Assembly (NCBI GenBank): GCA_039028615.1
Contig: JBCCHT010000070.1
Span: forward strand, 1-37,558
Origin: Myxococcota bacterium
GTDB taxonomy: Bacteria > Myxococcota_A > Polyangia > Nannocystales > Nannocystaceae
DNA: 37,558 bases
Direction: 5' to 3'
Made by a program: the position numbers and the translations under genes
Shown here: positions 35,736 to 37,558 of the stretch, one piece after another
Numbering within the stretch: the stretch's first letter is position 1
How the letters are laid out: every line of letters begins with the position of its first letter
The notes under the pieces: model-generated
The model's database searches: none
What the model was told of the DNA's origin: nothing
Seen by the model: only the letters and a program-made list of their open reading frames with translations

Positions 35736-37241
35736 TCAGAGCACGGCGCAGGCGGCTTCGTTGGCGGCACCCGGGCTGCCGAACTCGTCGACGCCCCCCG
35801 GGCTGTCGAACACCATGGTGGAGAAGCACCAGTTGGCCGCGTCGTCGTTGGCGGTGGCGTCGAGCATGGCCGGGTCGAGCTTCCAGCTGATGCCGTTGTC
35901 GGCGATGCCGAAGGTCGGGTAGGTCGCGGTCTGGTCGAGCACCTCGGTGGAGTTGAGGATCGCGGCCAGGTCGCCCGTGTTGTTGAACGCCGGGTTGTTG
36001 CCGTAGTGGGCGTCGGCGGGCGCGGTGTAGGGCCAGATCCCCGCGTCGTTGCTGCCGAGCACCGCATAGCCGCCCGCGGGCAGCAGCACGTCGTTGACGA
36101 TGGTGCCCTGGGCGGAAAAGTTGCTGTCCTGGATGCGCAGCCCCTGCAGGCTCACGTCCACCCCGGAGGCGTTGTAGACCTCGATGAACTCGCAGTCGTC
36201 GTTCAGACAGTTGGGGTCGAACATGACCTCGGTGATCACGAGATCGCCGGGGGAGAGGTCGTCGATGGGCGTGCCGGAGGGCGGCGGCCCGGGCATGTAG
36301 CCCTCGAGGTCGGCCGCCTGTCGCGGGGAGACCTTGTACTCGCCGAACGTGTAGTTCAGCGGCCCCTGGATGGCGGTGAAGCTCGCCCCGAGCACGAAGT
36401 TCGGGTAGGTCGCGGGGAAGTCGAACACGCTGTACAGGAAGTTGTCGATGCGCGCGGAGGGGCCTCCCGTGCCTACGTAGAACTCGTCGAAGCCGGGCAG
36501 ATCCACGACCTCGAGCGGCATGCCCTCGATGCGCACGACCACGCCCTCCCAGGGCTCGCCCACCGCGGGGTCGAGGTCGCCGATGCCGACGACCTCGGGA
36601 GTGATGACGACCCCGGTGACGCCCGTGGGGGTGATGGAGCCCCCGGACAGGTCGATCTCGGTGAGGTCGTTGAACTCCGCCGTGACCCCGACGAGGTCGA
36701 CCTCGTCACCGAGCGCGACGGTGGGGGCGGCGTTGAGGAACACGTAGACCCCGCTGTATTCGCCTCCGGCCGGCTCCTGCACGAAGATCGCGTTGCCGGC
36801 CACCCCGGTGACGACGACGCCCTGCACGTCCACGCTCGTGCCCGTGCCGATGGTGCCGTCCTGGATCTCGTAGATGGTGTCGTCGTCCGCACCCGCGGTG
36901 GAGCCGGACGACTCCTCGCCGGGCTCGTCGGTGGTCGAACCGCCCGATCCGGTGCTGGTGGAGTCGTCGTCGCCGCTGGAGGTGTCGACGGCGTCCGAGG
37001 TCGAGTCGGTCGCGCCCGTATCGTCGCTGGTCGTGGTGCCCCCGTCGGTCGCCTCGCCTGCGGTCGCGTCGGGGGGCGGCGGAGTCTGGCCCGTGGTCGT
37101 GGCCGGGAAGGTCGTGATGCCCGTGGTCTCCGGGGTGCCGGTGGAGGCGTCGTTGCCCGGCAGGGTGGGCAGGTCATCGGTGCACGCCGAGGTCAGCGGA
37201 GCGAGGGTGAACAACAATGCGGCGGAGCGAAGGTCCTTCAT
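35736..37241 (-). CDS. Lipoprotein with Thr/Ser linker, OB-fold nucleic-acid-binding-like domain and lamin-tail domain
   Basis: LTSA-C lipobox; TIYEIQ..VQGVVVT..FVQE..SGVYVF..GDEVDLVG..EF..LTE (YhcR/ExeM-type OB domain); LVITEVMFDP..EFIEVYN..FNNTGD (LTD). Confidence 0.85.
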   Translation of the reverse strand: MKDLRSAALLFTLAPLTSACTDDLPTLPGNDASTGTPETTGITTFPATTTGQTPPPPDATAGEATDGGTTTSDDTGATDSTSDAVDTSSGDDDSTSTGSGGSTTDEPGEESSGSTAGADDDTIYEIQDGTIGTGTSVDVQGVVVTGVAGNAIFVQEPAGGEYSGVYVFLNAAPTVALGDEVDLVGVTAEFNDLTEIDLSGGSITPTGVTGVVITPEVVGIGDLDPAVGEPWEGVVVRIEGMPLEVVDLPGFDEFYVGTGGPSARIDNFLYSVFDFPATYPNFVLGASFTAIQGPLNYTFGEYKVSPRQAADLEGYMPGPPPSGTPIDDLSPGDLVITEVMFDPNCLNDDCEFIEVYNASGVDVSLQGLRIQDSNFSAQGTIVNDVLLPAGGYAVLGSNDAGIWPYTAPADAHYGNNPAFNNTGDLAAILNSTEVLDQTATYPTFGIADNGISWKLDPAMLDATANDDAANWCFSTMVFDSPGGVDEFGSPGAANEAACAVL

Positions 37242-37558
37242 GGCGAGTCGACCGTGGGGCGGAAGCGCGAAGAACCTAGCGTGGCATGAACCGGCGGATC
37301 ATGACGAGCACGTCACAAAGAAAGGCTCTGCGTGAAACGCGAATCGTACTTTCCGCACGGCTGATCGCTCCGATTGCGGCGGGAAACCCGGGTCACGGTG
37401 GCGGAAGCCTCGCCGGGTTTTCCCTGCACTAGGTTCACGTCGAGCAACACGGTGTCGTCGTCCCGTTGATTGCTCGCCGCGATCGGGGCGAGCCATCAAC
37501 GGCCGGAGTCGAGGCCCAAGGATCATCAAAGGTCAGGCGAGGGTCAGTCAAGCAGCCC

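Noticed and set aside
32408..35890. Very long alternative ORFs (1160 aa on +, 902 aa on -) over the kinase gene
   Set aside because: Arg/Ala/Gly-rich off-frame or antisense shadows expected in high-GC DNA; the kinase frame carries all the motifs.
37381..37424. SRP RNA or c-di-GMP riboswitch
   Set aside because: It has a GGAA tetraloop but lacks the SRP CAGG/AGCAG internal-loop motif and riboswitch consensus elements.

Overview
High-GC bacterial chromosomal window, inferred from gene content to be a myxobacterium of the Nannocystaceae type (Ser/Thr-kinase-TPR proteins, a kinase-linked ECF sigma factor, many lipoproteins with Ser/Thr/Gly/Asp-rich linkers). About 32 protein-coding genes are supported; no rRNA, tRNA, CRISPR array or transposase was recognised. 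Four modules stand out. (1) 5.8-9.3 kb: a putative oxygen-sensing unit of a FixL-like heme-PAS kinase, an NtrC-like regulator that lacks the GAFTGA loop and has a degenerate ATPase, a universal stress protein and a small membrane protein; each gene is preceded about 50 bp upstream by the palindrome GCGCAA-N3-YTGCG(C/A). (2) 9.9-19.8 kb: a non-NRPS peptide-ligase/hydrolase cluster (two ATP-grasp ligases, two esterases, a cyanophycinase/peptidase-E-like S51 enzyme) split by two lipoprotein genes. (3) 19.8-25.2 kb: a partly lower-GC block with a Rhodococcus VapA-like protein, an unknown partner, an ECF sigma factor and a kinase-TPR protein. (4) 29-30.3 kb: a eukaryote-type EndoU (XendoU) RNase fused to a lamin-tail domain. 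All calls come from reading motifs by eye; no database searches were run.
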